Virus record (IMG/VR): IMGVR_UViG_3300020182_000023 | Span: 14,697-78,696 of that record | Direction: 5' to 3' (one strand) | Source: a virus | DNA length: 64,000 nt | Shown: positions 38,768 through 47,391 of the stretch, one piece after another | Layout of the letters: the number at the start of each line of letters is the position of its first letter | How positions within the stretch are numbered: position 1 is the stretch's first letter | Translations under genes and position numbers: made by a program | Notes under the pieces: model-generated | Databases searched by the model: none | What the model was told of the DNA's origin: nothing | The model's input: only the letters and a program-made list of their open reading frames with translations

Positions 38768-38995
38768 ATGACACCAAAAGAAAAAGCAAAAGAATTACAG
38801 AATAAACACCTTTACTGCTATTTAAACCCTGCTTACCCATTACACGATAGATTTGATGTTATTCAAGCGTCTGAGCAAGCATTGGTAACAGTAAATGAAA
38901 TACTTGAAAGTTTTTTAATAGATATTCCAGACCACCAATTTAAGTTTTGGGAAGAAGTTAAGAGCGAATTAAACACCATAATATTAGGAGAATGA
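38768..38995 (+). CDS. MTPKEKAKEL-type small protein (cassette-borne)
   Basis: MTPKEKAKEL...AL.TVNEIL...FWEEVKSEL, starting 20 nt after GTTATGC. Confidence 0.6.
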   Translation: MTPKEKAKELQNKHLYCYLNPAYPLHDRFDVIQASEQALVTVNEILESFLIDIPDHQFKFWEEVKSELNTIILGE

Positions 38996-39239
38996 AAACA
39001 CCACTACAGGAATTAATGGAGTATATGGAGCAAAACCAATATTTCATAGGAATGATTTATTGGCTAAGTATAATGAACTTATTGAAAAAGAGAAACAAGA
39101 GTTTATAAGTTGTTATATTAGAGCTATGACAAAAGAATATCTAAACCCTATGCCGAGAAAATATTATTATGAAGTTGCCGAAGATTATTATTATACTTTT
39201 ATTAACCCATTAGGCAAAAATGAGAAATCCTATAAATAG
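38992..39239 (+). pseudogene. Frameshifted small phage gene
   Basis: MKTPLQELMEY...FIG then -1 frame NDLLAKYNELIEKEKQEF...AEDYY; one base missing near 39050. Confidence 0.45.
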
Positions 39240-39274
39240 CCACTAAACGGTAATTAGTGGCAAAATATAGAACT

Positions 39275-39403
39275 ATGAAAAAGAAACTAATTGAGATACC
39301 CGAAGAAGTATTTAATCAAATAGAATTATCCGCAAAAAAGAATGTAAGGAGTGTAAATAAAGAGATAGTGTTTCTTCTTACGAGTGCGGTGGGTAAAAAA
39401 TAA
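39275..39403 (+). CDS. Arc-like ribbon-helix-helix protein
   Basis: MKKKLIEIPEEVFNQIELSAKKNVRSVNKEIVFLL. Confidence 0.65.
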   Translation: MKKKLIEIPEEVFNQIELSAKKNVRSVNKEIVFLLTSAVGKK

Positions 39404-39407
39404 TTGC

Positions 39408-39467
39408 ATATAACACCAAGCTAAGAAACGTAAAGCGAAGCGTATGTTTCCTTAGCGACTGTTAACG
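39408..39467 (+). repeat. attC-like hairpin J (short type)
   Basis: ataTAAC-accaa-gctaagaaacgta..tatgtttccttagc-gact-GTTAACG. Confidence 0.65.
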
Positions 39468-39507
39468 CACGTTTTAATGTGCGGAATATTAAAAACTTAA
39501 AAATACA

Positions 39508-39711
39508 ATGGAACAAATAACAGAAGAAGAAAGAGATTTATTATTTAACACTTGGACTAGTAGAGATAAAGTTTCATTTCTTAATGACATAATTCTTAAC
39601 TCTAATGAGCCTATTGCAACAGAGAGATTATTGTATGAGGTAGCTCAGAATATATGGGAGAACTGCATAGACAGAAAGTTAGATTTAATGAGTAAAAATG
39701 AAATAGTATGA
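39508..39711 (+). CDS. Hypothetical protein
   Basis: 67 aa ORF. Confidence 0.5.
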   Translation: MEQITEEERDLLFNTWTSRDKVSFLNDIILNSNEPIATERLLYEVAQNIWENCIDRKLDLMSKNEIV

Positions 39712-40160
39712 TTAGTTCAAATGATTGGTTCGAGGTTATTAATACACCTAAGTCGCTATCTCCATTCGAGCAAGTGCTACTTAAAATTGGAGTCGAGGCG
39801 GAAAGAGTAAATGCAAAAAAAGATTACCTAGAACTAAAGGATAGGCTTCTTTTTTACTTTGAAAATCATCACCATATAGATAGAGATAAGCTATTGACTA
39901 AAACTAAGACTAGAAAGGCGGAGATTGTAGAAACTAGGCAAATGATAATGCACTGCTTGAGACTTAATACAAACGCTTCATTAAGAATTATAGGCGATTT
40001 ATTTGATAAAGACCACTCTACATCATCCCACTCGGTTAAGGTTATAAATAATTTATTAGAGATAGACCCCGTATTAAGGATTAAGTATTGTGATATGCTT
40101 AAACATTGTGGAATGGAAACTAAAGCTAGCAGATTAGTAAAAAAATACAATAGAAAATGA
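39708..40160 (+). CDS. DnaA domain-IV-like HTH protein
   Basis: TRKAEIVETRQMIMH.LR..TNASL..IG.LF.KDHST..HS...I. Confidence 0.75.
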   Translation: MISSNDWFEVINTPKSLSPFEQVLLKIGVEAERVNAKKDYLELKDRLLFYFENHHHIDRDKLLTKTKTRKAEIVETRQMIMHCLRLNTNASLRIIGDLFDKDHSTSSHSVKVINNLLEIDPVLRIKYCDMLKHCGMETKASRLVKKYNRK

Positions 40161-40606
40161 ATTACGAATTAACATTAACGACACACGAAAAGAGAACTGC
40201 GGAACTCTTTGGAGATATAGATACCCTAGAACTTCATACCGTTCCTATTGAAACGTTAGAGGCTATGAAGAACCATTACCTTGTATCACTATCATATTTA
40301 GGGGAACTCAAAACCACTAGGGGAAATGCTTTAAACGAATCTAAAACAGCCTTAAAAATAATCCTAACCGAAAAGAAAATAGAACACTTAAAGGACTTAA
40401 CGGGTTCTGATAAAGCTAGAATAGCTACGTTATACGCAGAAAGAGATTGCGAGACAGAAATTAAAGGCATAGCTATACTAGAAAACGAATACAAAGAAGT
40501 AAGCAATAGGTATTCTGTATATGATACTATTATACGCTCTCTTACGCAGACAATAAGCGTAGTTAAGAATGAAATACAATCACAGCAATTTATAAAAGGG
40601 AAATAA
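40157..40606 (+). CDS. Helical protein (possible recombination mediator)
   Basis: 149 aa, coiled-coil, in the recombination cluster. Confidence 0.4.
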   Translation: MNYELTLTTHEKRTAELFGDIDTLELHTVPIETLEAMKNHYLVSLSYLGELKTTRGNALNESKTALKIILTEKKIEHLKDLTGSDKARIATLYAERDCETEIKGIAILENEYKEVSNRYSVYDTIIRSLTQTISVVKNEIQSQQFIKGK

Positions 40607-40610
40607 GATT

Positions 40611-40979
40611 ATGGATTTTATAGGTAAGTATTGGTTAGATTACTATAAAATAAGACACTCTAAGCCATTTTATAACGGCTCTTTAAAGGTGGGTTATCCA
40701 ATAAACATAAAAGACATAATAAACAGCGACCTAAAACGGGTTATTCCAGAATCATTAGGAATATACCACTTATTTAAAGATGGTGAGTTAGTTTATATAG
40801 GTATGAGTAAGTGTATAAAAAAAAGAATATCAGAACATTACGATAATAATGACATTGACTTTAATGAGGTATTATGGTTCTGCGCTGAAATTGCAAATAA
40901 AAACATAAAAGATATATTTAGAATAGAGAGGCTAATGATTATAAAGCATAAACCTAAATTTAATACAGCATACCTATAA
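40611..40979 (+). CDS. GIY-YIG nuclease
   Basis: GIYHL...LVYIGMS..IKKRI.EH...IE..MI.KHKPKFN. Confidence 0.8.
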   Translation: MDFIGKYWLDYYKIRHSKPFYNGSLKVGYPINIKDIINSDLKRVIPESLGIYHLFKDGELVYIGMSKCIKKRISEHYDNNDIDFNEVLWFCAEIANKNIKDIFRIERLMIIKHKPKFNTAYL

Positions 40980-41326
40980 TGATTCCCGCCACAGAAAGAG
41001 AATATAACTACTTCAAACGCAACGGACATTGCTTTGATTTAGGCTCATTAGCATACAATGAACTAACAACCGAAGGTAAGATACCAAAGAAAGCTAAAGA
41101 CCCGTCAAAAGGCTTGGAATACGCTAAAGACTCACTCGTAGAGGTATATGAGATAGATAAAGAATTAGCCAACGAACAAATGACTAAATACTGGCAAGAC
41201 AGAATAGATAATATAGATGAATTAGTTAACAGAGCGATTAAGTTAAAAGGGAGTAGCGTGTTAAGGGATGCTGTATTTATCTATTTCAAGCGATATATAG
41301 TTAATGAATATTTTAAAACATTATAA
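40979..41326 (+). CDS. Hypothetical protein
   Basis: 115 aa ORF. Confidence 0.55.
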   Translation: MIPATEREYNYFKRNGHCFDLGSLAYNELTTEGKIPKKAKDPSKGLEYAKDSLVEVYEIDKELANEQMTKYWQDRIDNIDELVNRAIKLKGSSVLRDAVFIYFKRYIVNEYFKTL

Positions 41327-41604
41327 TGAAATCAGATAACGACTTATTTAAAATAGGGGCTAGATTAGCTCTACACGGACAAAGCTTCATAGAAGTGTTA
41401 GATGATATAAAAGGCACTAAGCTGTACAATAAGAAGCCTAAGATGCTACTCAATCAGTTAATGAAAGAGTTAGAGAAGGATGTAAGTATAAGTGGTGTAT
41501 TTACAGAAGGTCAAGATGTAATTACTAATTTATCACAAAAGATTGATAAAATAGTTGATAAGGAATTAGATGACACTATATTTGAGTTGAAGGATGGTAA
41601 GTAA
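41326..41604 (+). CDS. Hypothetical protein
   Basis: 92 aa ORF. Confidence 0.55.
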   Translation: MKSDNDLFKIGARLALHGQSFIEVLDDIKGTKLYNKKPKMLLNQLMKELEKDVSISGVFTEGQDVITNLSQKIDKIVDKELDDTIFELKDGK

Positions 41605-42019
41605 AAAGAAACCCTGTAAAGACCCTAACAACACAGAAGAGGGTAAGATGTGTTATTACTTTACTAAAAAATTTGGTTGTGCCTCGTGCAGCGCTAAATA
41701 CAAGCCTAAGACAAAAACTAAGAAGGTAAAACAGAAGATTAAGCAAGTTAGTTCTAAAAGAGCTAGGATGAATCAGGCTTATTCTGTTATGAGAAAGTTG
41801 TTTTTAAAGGATAAGACTTGTGAATTTCCTAGTTGTTCCCGCAAACACACAGAGGATAATCAACTAACCATACACCACAAGAGAGGAAGAAACGGAGAAA
41901 GATTACTAGATACAACCTATTGGATGGCTGTATGTATGGAACATCATAAATACATAGAAGAACACCGAGAAGAAAGTTTCAAGAAGGGTTGGTTAATAAA
42001 TAGAAATAAAGAGATATGA
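41594..42019 (+). CDS. Small Zn-binding HNH nuclease
   Basis: CE..SC, TIHHKRGR, WMAVCMEHH..IE. Confidence 0.7.
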   Translation: MVSKKKPCKDPNNTEEGKMCYYFTKKFGCASCSAKYKPKTKTKKVKQKIKQVSSKRARMNQAYSVMRKLFLKDKTCEFPSCSRKHTEDNQLTIHHKRGRNGERLLDTTYWMAVCMEHHKYIEEHREESFKKGWLINRNKEI

Positions 42020-42070
42020 CATATAGTTTCAGTAGAATAAGTTCGTTTCATAATTGCCCTAGTGGATGGT
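42016..42070 (+). pseudogene. 5' remnant of the PD-(D/E)XK exonuclease gene
   Basis: MTYSFSRISSFHNCPSGW parallels MKETIYSWSRVNYTCLAAW of the gene at 42962. Confidence 0.55.
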
Positions 42071-42092
42071 TTATTTTTATTTATATTTGTAT

Positions 42093-42173
42093 AGTAGAGT
42101 TACGGCTACTTTTAAATATTTTTACAAAGCCCTGTCAAGAGTAGAGTCCGTAACCTCGAAATTGATGGGGTTT
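42093..42173 (+). ncRNA. Putative kissing-loop leader RNA, copy 3
   Basis: agtag-aGTTACGG-ctact; aagccctgtcaa.AGTA-gag-tCCGTAAC-ctc-GAA.ttgatggggttt; after TATATTTG (42082-42089). Confidence 0.6.
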
Positions 42174-42179
42174 ATTTTT

Positions 42180-42965
42180 ATGCAAGAGTTTACAAAAGAA
42201 GAATTAAAAAACGAAGAGTGGAGAGATGTAGTTGGATACGAAGGATTGTATCTGGTTAGTGATTTAGGGAGAGTAAAAAGCAGTTACATTGTTAGTAGGG
42301 CTAAAGATGGAATCATTAAAATGGGGAGCGATAAGAATGGGTATTGCAGTTTCGCTTTATGGAAAGACAAATCACAAATTACCAAGAATGGACATCGTGT
42401 AGTCGCTAAAGCATTTTTACCTAATCCAAAAAACAAACCGTGCGTGAATCATATAGATGGTGATAAAAGGAATAATCGAACAACCAACCTAGAATGGGTT
42501 ACATATAAAGAAAATTCCCGACACGCGATTGAAACTGGTCTGTATAGACACCCTGAAATGAAGAAGGGGTACGACTCGCCACACAGTAAAGAGGTGTATC
42601 AGCTTACGGTAGAGGGTGTTTTTATAAAAGCGTTTGGTTCATCTATCGAGGCGGCTATAAGTTTATTTGGAGATATTAATAGAGGCTCTATTATACGCAA
42701 ATGCTGTAGAGATAAATCAAGTTCTTATAAGGGTTTTCTATGGAGATACCCTAAAGACGTTAATAAAGATGCGATTTCAAAACATAAAAGAATAATACAA
42801 CAGTTTTCTTTAGAGGGGATTCTTATTAAAGAGTATACTGGTACTAGTGCAGCCCAAAAAGCCACTGGAGTCTTGGCTACTGGTATAGGGAACAATGCAA
42901 ACGGGAGGACAAATACCGCTGGGGGGTTTGTCTGGAAATATAAATATGATTACAATTCAATATGA
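42180..42965 (+). CDS. NUMOD4-HNH-NUMOD1 homing endonuclease (start revised from 42066)
   Basis: EEWRDVVGYEGLYLVSDLGRVKS, HRVVAKAFLPNP..KPCVNHIDGDKRNN...NLEW, two NUMOD1-like repeats. Confidence 0.85.
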   Translation: MQEFTKEELKNEEWRDVVGYEGLYLVSDLGRVKSSYIVSRAKDGIIKMGSDKNGYCSFALWKDKSQITKNGHRVVAKAFLPNPKNKPCVNHIDGDKRNNRTTNLEWVTYKENSRHAIETGLYRHPEMKKGYDSPHSKEVYQLTVEGVFIKAFGSSIEAAISLFGDINRGSIIRKCCRDKSSSYKGFLWRYPKDVNKDAISKHKRIIQQFSLEGILIKEYTGTSAAQKATGVLATGIGNNANGRTNTAGGFVWKYKYDYNSI

Positions 42966-43831
42966 AAGAAACAATATATTCTTGGAGTAGGGTTAACTAT
43001 ACTTGTTTAGCCGCTTGGTATCAAAATTATGTACTAGAAAAGAAGGGTGAGGACAACATCTGGAATGTCGGAGGTTTATTCGAGCATAACCTAATGGAAC
43101 ACGCAGCTAAAGGCGCAATGACACAAGAGGATTGCCTAGAAGCTGTTAAGAATACTTGGTACGATGCTGTTGATGGATTAGACAACCCATTTGGGTACTA
43201 CGGTAAAGAAGGTAATTACATTGAAGCCGCTGAACATTACTACAACAAAACACTTCCGTTCTTCACTAAGGAGAATACTAATTGGTTATTAGGTAAAACA
43301 GTTTCAGTAGAAGAGCATTTAGAATTTACCCTTCCTTCGGGCAAAAAATTTCAAGGCTTTGTAGATAGAGTAAGTGTTGATAGTGATGGAAAGAGCAACC
43401 TAGCCATCAGAGATTATAAAATAAGCAAACGCTTTACAAGAAAAAACGTAAAAGAAAAGGCTAGACAGCTATACATTTACGCTTATGGCTATCATCAGAA
43501 ACACGGAGTATATCCAGAGCAATTAGTTTTTGAGTTCTTTCAATTTTGGGACAAACCAAAGGTTATTAAGTTCAAGAAAACTGATATGGATGAGGCTATT
43601 GAGTTTGCTGAAAGTAGAATAAGAGAGATTGAAGGTAGATTAAAGGTAGAGAGAATGGGTATGAAGGGAATGTTTAACCCTGACTATAAAGAACTATTAG
43701 ATGATAACGGAGAGCGTAATATGTTCTGTAAGTCTGTCTGTGGGTATCGTAATGTCTGTCCTTTCATAGACGGAAACCACCTCAAAATGTTTAAAACAAA
43801 AGAGTTACAAGATATAGAAATAAAAAAATAG
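42962..43831 (+). CDS. PD-(D/E)XK exonuclease (RecB/Cas4-like)
   Basis: YSWSR, G...H, E..L, GFVDRV, IRDYK, QLYIYA, C-terminal C...C.Y...C. Confidence 0.8.
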   Translation: MKETIYSWSRVNYTCLAAWYQNYVLEKKGEDNIWNVGGLFEHNLMEHAAKGAMTQEDCLEAVKNTWYDAVDGLDNPFGYYGKEGNYIEAAEHYYNKTLPFFTKENTNWLLGKTVSVEEHLEFTLPSGKKFQGFVDRVSVDSDGKSNLAIRDYKISKRFTRKNVKEKARQLYIYAYGYHQKHGVYPEQLVFEFFQFWDKPKVIKFKKTDMDEAIEFAESRIREIEGRLKVERMGMKGMFNPDYKELLDDNGERNMFCKSVCGYRNVCPFIDGNHLKMFKTKELQDIEIKK

Positions 43832-43862
43832 AGTATATTCGTAAAAACTAAAATCAAATGTT

Positions 43863-45149
43863 ATGAGTAAGTGGTTTAAATATGACACTAAAATAGATAG
43901 ACTTTTAGGTTTTGGTAGGTCTGATTGGAGTCAAATGGCAAGAGAAATACTAGGAGATGTAGAGTATAGTAAAGTAGATGCTCTAAGGAAGTATATTAAG
44001 AGGAGGAGTAAGAAAGAAACTGAAGTAACCAACACCTCAACAACTAAATCAAATGAATATTCAACACCGTTTCAATTATCCGCTTGGGATGAGGATGGTA
44101 CTATAATGGATATTGATAAATACTGTGAACATCACGGCTTACCAAGAGAAGATATTACTTCTTATAAGCTGATTACGCATAGTAAAAATCCCTTCTATAA
44201 TACTGTATTTAAGGAGATTAAGGGTGTAATAGACGAATCATTTGATTTATCTGGAGCAATAGAGGATGCACTGACCTCGCTCAATATATCTGTTAGTAAT
44301 AAGTTAAGCAGAACTCCTAGTAATAAAGTTGGAGATGAGGTTACTAGACTTATATATACAGATACCCATATAGCAATGGATACTGACAGCGAAGGAACAT
44401 CAATGTATCCTACCGTATGGAATAGAGAGTCTATATTAGAAACATTTGAATTAATGTGCGCTCATACCATAGCGAATAGAAACGGTACTACATTATATAT
44501 AGATGATTTAGGCGACTTTTTAGACGGATGGAATGGAGAGACGACACGGAAAAGTCATCCCCTTCCGCAGAATATGAATAACAAAGAAGCGTTTTCACTA
44601 GGATTAGAAGTTAAAATGCTTATGCTTGAAAGACTAACCCCATACTTCAATGAAATAGTATGTACTAACGTATGCAACGATAATCACGCTGGAGATTTCG
44701 CTTCTATACTTAATCATTCTTTTATGATGTTAGCGCACTCTAAATATGAGAATGTAATTATAAGAAACTATAATAAGTTTATAGAGCATTACTATATAGG
44801 TAAACACGCTATTGTTTTAACTCACGGTAAGGATAAGAAGTCTTTGAAGTTTGGTTTCAAGCCTAAGCTAGACCCTGTTCAAATAGAAAAGATTGAGGTT
44901 TACTTAAAGCATAATGAGCATGGCAGTGTACATAAAGAGGCAGAGTTTATAGAGTTTAGTAAGGGAGATTCGCATTTAATGCTTTTTGATTATTCTTCAG
45001 CGCAAGATTTTTTTTACTTCAATTACCCTGCAATATCGCCTAGCTCAGAATGGGTGCAAAGCAATTTTAAGAAAGGACAAAGAGGATTTGTAATTCAGTT
45101 ATTTAATTCAGAAGAAATAAATAAAACTATAATACCAATATTATTATGA
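43863..45149 (+). CDS. Calcineurin-like metallophosphoesterase
   Basis: TDTHI, LGDFLDG, NDNHAG, THG, KGDSH motifs. Confidence 0.75.
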   Translation: MSKWFKYDTKIDRLLGFGRSDWSQMAREILGDVEYSKVDALRKYIKRRSKKETEVTNTSTTKSNEYSTPFQLSAWDEDGTIMDIDKYCEHHGLPREDITSYKLITHSKNPFYNTVFKEIKGVIDESFDLSGAIEDALTSLNISVSNKLSRTPSNKVGDEVTRLIYTDTHIAMDTDSEGTSMYPTVWNRESILETFELMCAHTIANRNGTTLYIDDLGDFLDGWNGETTRKSHPLPQNMNNKEAFSLGLEVKMLMLERLTPYFNEIVCTNVCNDNHAGDFASILNHSFMMLAHSKYENVIIRNYNKFIEHYYIGKHAIVLTHGKDKKSLKFGFKPKLDPVQIEKIEVYLKHNEHGSVHKEAEFIEFSKGDSHLMLFDYSSAQDFFYFNYPAISPSSEWVQSNFKKGQRGFVIQLFNSEEINKTIIPILL

Positions 45150-45393
45150 AGCAGTGTAGTAAATGTAAGGAGGTTAAAAGTATTATACTAAAAATGATAG
45201 AGATTATTACACTAAAATAAAAAGACAATGAAGAAATACACAGCAGAAGTAGCAACGGGAATACTAATGATTATTATGTTTGCAATTATATTTTTAGGAT
45301 TATGAAAGAAAAATTTATTATAGCAAATATTGCCTAATGGAGTAATACCGCACTCTAAGTATAGACCTGATAATAAATAACCCCCCTTTTATA

Positions 45394-45696
45394 TTGCGGA
45401 AATTAAATACAGAAAAGAACATAATATTAAAACAGATGAGTAAAGACCCAAACGTAGAAAGCGTAATAGAGCTTATTAAAGCTCGTTCTGAGAAAGGATT
45501 AAAGGAATACGGTACTGACACCACCAGACAAGATTATAACGCCTTAGATTGGCTTAATGAAGCTCAAGCAGAGGCATTAGATTTAGCCATTTACTTAGAG
45601 GTAATAAAGAAAGACTATGTTAAGTTTAAGGAGTTGATTAAGTCTACGCCTAATGATAAGATTTTGGGCGGTAAGATAAGGAAGATATATGGGTGA
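45394..45696 (+). CDS. MazG-like small nucleotide pyrophosphatase candidate (probable ATG 45436)
   Basis: RS.KG.KEYGT...DWL.EAQ.EALDLAIYLE. Confidence 0.45.
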   Translation: MRKLNTEKNIILKQMSKDPNVESVIELIKARSEKGLKEYGTDTTRQDYNALDWLNEAQAEALDLAIYLEVIKKDYVKFKELIKSTPNDKILGGKIRKIYG

Positions 45697-45823
45697 TTAA
45701 CTTGGTTAGGGGGTTATTTTTTTTGTCACAATTATATGATAAATTTGTGACGAGATTCCGTATTTATAGGAACGTGTTTTATGGAATAGGAGTAACCAAC
45801 CTATAAAGAAGTTCGAGGTCTGT

Positions 45824-46480
45824 TTAATCAGTTAATTCGTAAGAGTACATAAACCCATCTCTAGTCACCCCATTTCGTTTTATGCAACCACACACAGTTC
45901 CTCCGCTATACCCCATTTCCCTTTCACATTCAGCCGCACTACCAAACTCTTTAATAAACACACCATCACTGAACTGATACACCGTCTTAGACCTATTGTG
46001 TTTATACCCTGATTTACCTAACCAACTTGGGGGCTTACGGTTTAACCCGTTATCTATAGCGTGTTTTATTTGCTCGGACTGCGTGTACCATTCTAGATTT
46101 GATATATGGTTATTAGTTTTATTACCGTCTATATGATTTACTGTTTCTTTTTTTTCTGGGTTTGGAATAAAACCTAAAGCCACTAGTCTATGTACGGAGA
46201 TTTGAACAGATTTATTGCCGACCCTTAACGTTACAAACAAATAACCACTATTCCAATACGATTGCTTAAGCTCTTTTCTTGATTTCGTTGAGAATATGCG
46301 CCCGTCATCATAGATTAAATATCCTTTATAGAGTTCTGTGTAATTTCCCTTCAGCGGGGTATATGATTTATCTATGTTACGACAATCCTTACAGGTTGAG
46401 TTCCTTATACCATTAGCTTTGTTTTTCCAATGAAAACTAGAATCAACCTTCTTTATTTTACATTTGTTACATTTTTTCAT
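45824..46480 (-). CDS. HNH homing endonuclease with N-terminal Zn finger
   Basis: KKCNKC...CKDC; VHRLVALGFIPNP..KETVNHIDGNKTNNH.SNLEW; NUMOD1-like tail. Confidence 0.85.
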   Translation of the reverse strand: MKKCNKCKIKKVDSSFHWKNKANGIRNSTCKDCRNIDKSYTPLKGNYTELYKGYLIYDDGRIFSTKSRKELKQSYWNSGYLFVTLRVGNKSVQISVHRLVALGFIPNPEKKETVNHIDGNKTNNHISNLEWYTQSEQIKHAIDNGLNRKPPSWLGKSGYKHNRSKTVYQFSDGVFIKEFGSAAECEREMGYSGGTVCGCIKRNGVTRDGFMYSYELTD

Positions 46481-46521
46481 ATAACAAAGATAATAAAAAA
46501 TATCTATATGTGGGCTACCAA

Positions 46522-46977
46522 TTAAATCAGCTCCAGATGCGGCATATCGAGAAACCTTTGGTCATAGACTAATGTTCCGTCCATATCCCAATTAGCGCCA
46601 CTCCTAGTTCTGTGTGTTATTTCACATTCGTTCAATAAATGCTTACCGCAAGCAGTGAATACGCCCACTAAATACATTAAGTGGTTCTTATCAAACGCCA
46701 AATCCTTTCTATTTGGTACTGCCGCAATAAAATCAAATGCTAAAGAGGGTGAGTAGTTATGCTTACCCTTCTTATTAATTCCATCTATCTTTGACTTACC
46801 TTCATTAAACAGCTTTTGCTGGCGCTCTACGGTTCTTTCTCCTTCTATAATGGTAAAGTCTACTTGAGATACTTTAAGCGCCATATCAATTATCTTCTGC
46901 AAGTCTGGGTGCAGTGTATTATAATTATCCTTACTTCTCTTTCCTAGTTTAAAACTCATAATAATTCTTTTTTCCAT
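46522..46977 (-). CDS. Endolysin, M15 L-Ala-D-Glu peptidase type
   Basis: LG.RS...LHPDL, EGERTVERQ..L...GKS, KH....AFD, DMPHLEL. Confidence 0.85.
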   Translation of the reverse strand: MEKRIIMSFKLGKRSKDNYNTLHPDLQKIIDMALKVSQVDFTIIEGERTVERQQKLFNEGKSKIDGINKKGKHNYSPSLAFDFIAAVPNRKDLAFDKNHLMYLVGVFTACGKHLLNECEITHRTRSGANWDMDGTLVYDQRFLDMPHLELI

Positions 46978-47378
46978 TCAGAAGGCAATGACTTATCCGC
47001 AAATTTAAAGCCGTTCTTCTTGCTCCAAATAGCGTATGTAGTCTTACTACCTTTTATTATTTTCTTTTGGCTATCCCCGAATATAAATCGTATATCTAAA
47101 TCAGGGTTCTGTTTCTTTACAGCGAGCATCTTCCTGCGGTCACTAGAATCTAAAAAACCTTTTACCTCTATTATCATAGTAGTACCATCTTTCTTCTCTA
47201 AAATAAAGTCAGGACAATACTTATGGTCTATAACGTAACTTATCTTTTCGGTTTCATACCCAAAGTCTACACTCCTTGCTTTAAGGTTCTTTGCAAACTC
47301 ACGCTCTAAATTAGAACGGTAAGGGTCTTTATTACTTCGTTTTCCTTTTCCACCTTTACTTCTTCTGCCTCTTGCCAT
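46956..47378 (-). CDS. T7 endonuclease I-like Holliday junction resolvase
   Basis: YRSNLE, YE..KI.Y, YCPDF, IEVKG, DRRKML.VK.QNPDLDIRF.F, SKTTYA.W..KNGF.FAD. Confidence 0.9.
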   Translation of the reverse strand: MARGRRSKGGKGKRSNKDPYRSNLEREFAKNLKARSVDFGYETEKISYVIDHKYCPDFILEKKDGTTMIIEVKGFLDSSDRRKMLAVKKQNPDLDIRFIFGDSQKKIIKGSKTTYAIWSKKNGFKFADKSLPSEWKKELL

Positions 47379-47391
47379 TATGTAAAGATAC

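Noticed and set aside
22297-39467. Repeated hairpins as a CRISPR array
   Set aside because: Copies are divergent, 50-110 bp long and separated by whole genes; there is no constant repeat-spacer period and no cas operon.
22297-39467. Repeated hairpins as plain intrinsic terminators
   Set aside because: Most lack a U tract, and the TAAC/GTT ends plus cassette-specific end complementarity are not explained by termination; an additional RNA role is not excluded.
42066-42179. N-terminal extension of the HNH ORF from 42066
   Set aside because: It overlaps the promoter box and structured leader; the ATG at 42180 is the plausible start.
42962-43831. Cas4 of a CRISPR system
   Set aside because: Standalone phage PD-(D/E)XK exonuclease in a recombination cluster; no cas1/cas2 or array.
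359-47378. Stop-codon reassignment as in some crAss-like phages
   Set aside because: Genes are full length and densely packed under the standard code; TAG and TGA serve as normal stops (MCP ends in TAG).
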